From the NCBI GenBank assembly GCA_965202585.1, contig OZ241827.1, positions 86,490,001 to 86,554,000 on the forward strand: a stretch of 64,000 nucleotides of DNA. Direction: 5' to 3'. A program made the translations under genes and the position numbers. Positions 61,936 through 64,000 of the stretch are shown one piece after another (within the stretch, counting starts at the first letter, position 1; each line of letters starts with the position of its first letter). The DNA comes from Thalia democratica (Eukaryota). A model generated the notes under the pieces. The model worked only from the letters and a program-made list of their open reading frames with translations. It was not told the origin of the DNA and ran no database searches.

Positions 61936-62269
61936 ATATTGTAGTTTTTAAAACAGAATTCGATTTGAATAAGATTTTTTATTTAAGCACTGAGGAAGTC
62001 TTTGACCAAAACATAAATTTAGCTTTTATTATAAAGTCTTGAAAGAATAAATATATTATTTCTCCGATAGTAGTTGAGATCTCTTTATTTGTTTTCTAAA
62101 ATCAAAACATATAATATACATTTTATAGAAATTTCGCAGTTAGACGCGCACTTATGAAGGAAGTTAAAGAAAAATTTTGATAAAATGGGTGGTTAGTTAC
62201 ATTTTAATCTAACTAATTAATAGAAGCTAATATTAGTAAAATAGCAAGAAAAAAAGTAAAAATCTCATG

Positions 62270-62381
62270 ACAGCCCAAAATTTTAAAATCGCCCCCTTTT
62301 CGCCCCCTTACTAATTATCGCCCCCCCAAATTACTAAAATCGCCCCCAGGGGGGCGATATCGCCCACTTTGGGAAACCCTG
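62270..62381 (+). mobile_element. 3' end of a CAGGGTTTCCCAAA-type MITE with TCGCCCC subterminal repeats
   Basis: Several ATCGCCCCC motifs, then TTTGGGAAACCCTG. Confidence 0.6.
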
Positions 62382-62384
62382 CTT

Positions 62385-62885
62385 TACTTACTAAAGTCAG
62401 CACTATGTAAGCAGTTAAAATAAACAACTAAAAAGTTTGAAACAGTTAAATAAATATTTTTTTTACAGAACATCTATAAGGTCAGCTTTTATATGCCGAA
62501 AAAGAAGCAACTACACTAGTAGTTTTATGTAAAATTTTCAGCATTCATAATCTAAAAGACATAAACTTTATTTATTAAAGTCAGCCGTAGAAAAGAATTT
62601 AAGTAACACAAGCACAAAGTTTGAAACGGTTTATTAGGGTACTTTTTATTTTATAAAATATATTAGACTAGTTTATATACCTAAAATGCTACGATACTTG
62701 TATTTTTATTTTAAGTTTTACCACTCATAAACAGATAAATTTTTTTATTTAGTTTTTAAGATCAGCGCTTGGTAAGTAGATAAATAATACAACTACAATG
62801 TTTCAAACTTGTTTAATAAAGTTTATTTTTTATTAGATTATCTATATTCGATAAGTGCAGTTAATATATTAAGAAAAAGTAATTA
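62385..62885 (+). repeat. Three ~190-bp units upstream of paralog C (homologous to 35340-36010)
   Basis: AAAGTCAGCACTAT.TAAGCA..TAAAATAAACAACTAAAAAGTTTGAAACAG is almost identical to 35511-35565. Confidence 0.8.
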
Positions 62886-63741
62886 TAATTATATTTAGTC
62901 CTTAATTCTTTATTTATCAGTAATGCTAGATAAGGCTTGCTGTGCTGGGAAAGGGCAAATAAAAAATGTATAAATGATATCAATGTTCTCATAAACAGAG
63001 CACTTAGATGCATACATTATAAGAAATATGATGATAGTGTAAGAGAATTAAAAACTCAGAAAAAACATTAGATGTTGAAATTTTTATAATACATATACAT
63101 TTATAATAAATAACTAATTTTTTTAGATTAAAATACTTAATTAAATAATTAATTAAAATAGACTAACTTATTAATTGCTATTTTATAATTACTATGCTAT
63201 TTAGGTTTACTAATTAAAATCAAACAGGCAGTTTCAGTACTGTATCTATTATGTAAAAGAACCAGGGGCGTGTCTAGACTTTTTTATTTATTCAGAAAAG
63301 GGATTCACAATTTTTTTTGTTCTTAACTTCCCGCTTAAGTACGCATTTCTTAGGTATGCACTGCCAGTGAAGTACGCAATATTTAGCCGAAAAACTCTGT
63401 GTTTGAAATTCTTTTTTCTGCTTAGGAATAAAAAAAACATATAAGTAGTAATGGAAAAATATTGTATATTTTTATTTATTATACTGTATTAAATTTTGAT
63501 AAGTTAAAACTAAAAGAGCAGGAAAAAAAAAATTATAATAAAAGCATTTTTTCAAGTTAGTATTTAATTATGACTAGTAGTCCAAACAATTTAAGTATAC
63601 CATCATCCATGCCCTAAACATTTGCTCAAATTTTAAATTTTGTTATGCTTGAAATAAAAGTACAATAATATAAATTAAAATTATTGGTACTTAAACTGAC
63701 CTCATTTCAGAGCTTGCAAATCAAAAACTAAAGAAAGTAAT

Positions 63742-63819
63742 ATGTCACAACAACAAAATACCTCCACAATTTCCCATAAAAATTCAAAAAATTCACAGGA
63801 AAACTCAAAAATTACAATA
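63742..63819 (+). CDS. First coding exon of paralog C (gene continues beyond the window)
   Basis: Acceptor TTTCAG at 63710; ATG 63742; MSQQQNTSTISHKNSKNSQENSKITI then GTAAGT. Flanks 63555-64000 match 15295-15740. Confidence 0.8.
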
Positions 63820-64000
63820 GTAAGTTTGTTTAATTTGGATTTTTAATTTCCTTTACACATGCTTGATTAACTTGATCCTTAATTAACTTTTTAAAGTTTC
63901 TAGACATTACTAAAACCAGGAGGTCAGAAGGTTTATTATTTATTTTCTATTATAAGTTATCATTATGACCATTTTTATCAGAAAAATAATTACCACAAAC

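Overview
Very AT-rich, intron-containing eukaryotic DNA. The style suggests a cnidarian such as Hydra, but that is inference only. (1) An apparently intact 12-13-exon gene (15459-22681, ~780-800 aa). Its exons 4-8 resemble the N-terminal Cys/His domain of NOF-FB/Mutator-like transposases, but no catalytic DDE domain follows. A broken paralog lies at ~39.0-41.5 kb and the first coding exon of a third at 63.7 kb, giving a tandem array. (2) A young, full-length 13.7-kb Ty3/Gypsy element (42193-55913) with 1189-bp TG..TA LTRs and a TCAA target-site duplication (TSD). Gag starts inside the LTR, four leader hairpins precede it, pol carries one frameshift and one nonsense lesion, and ~5.3 kb of accessory sequence with extra ORFs lies before the 3' LTR. 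(3) A palindromic, 5'-truncated Penelope insertion (36655-38451) with a minimal hammerhead ribozyme motif in each arm. (4) Many MITEs, including a CAGGGTTGCCA family with 6-bp TSDs, plus foldback elements, old Gypsy and Penelope remnants, a ~7-kb-period segmental duplication, and a triplicated segment with a covarying hairpin upstream of the third paralog. All alignments, translations and folds were done by eye; no searches were run.
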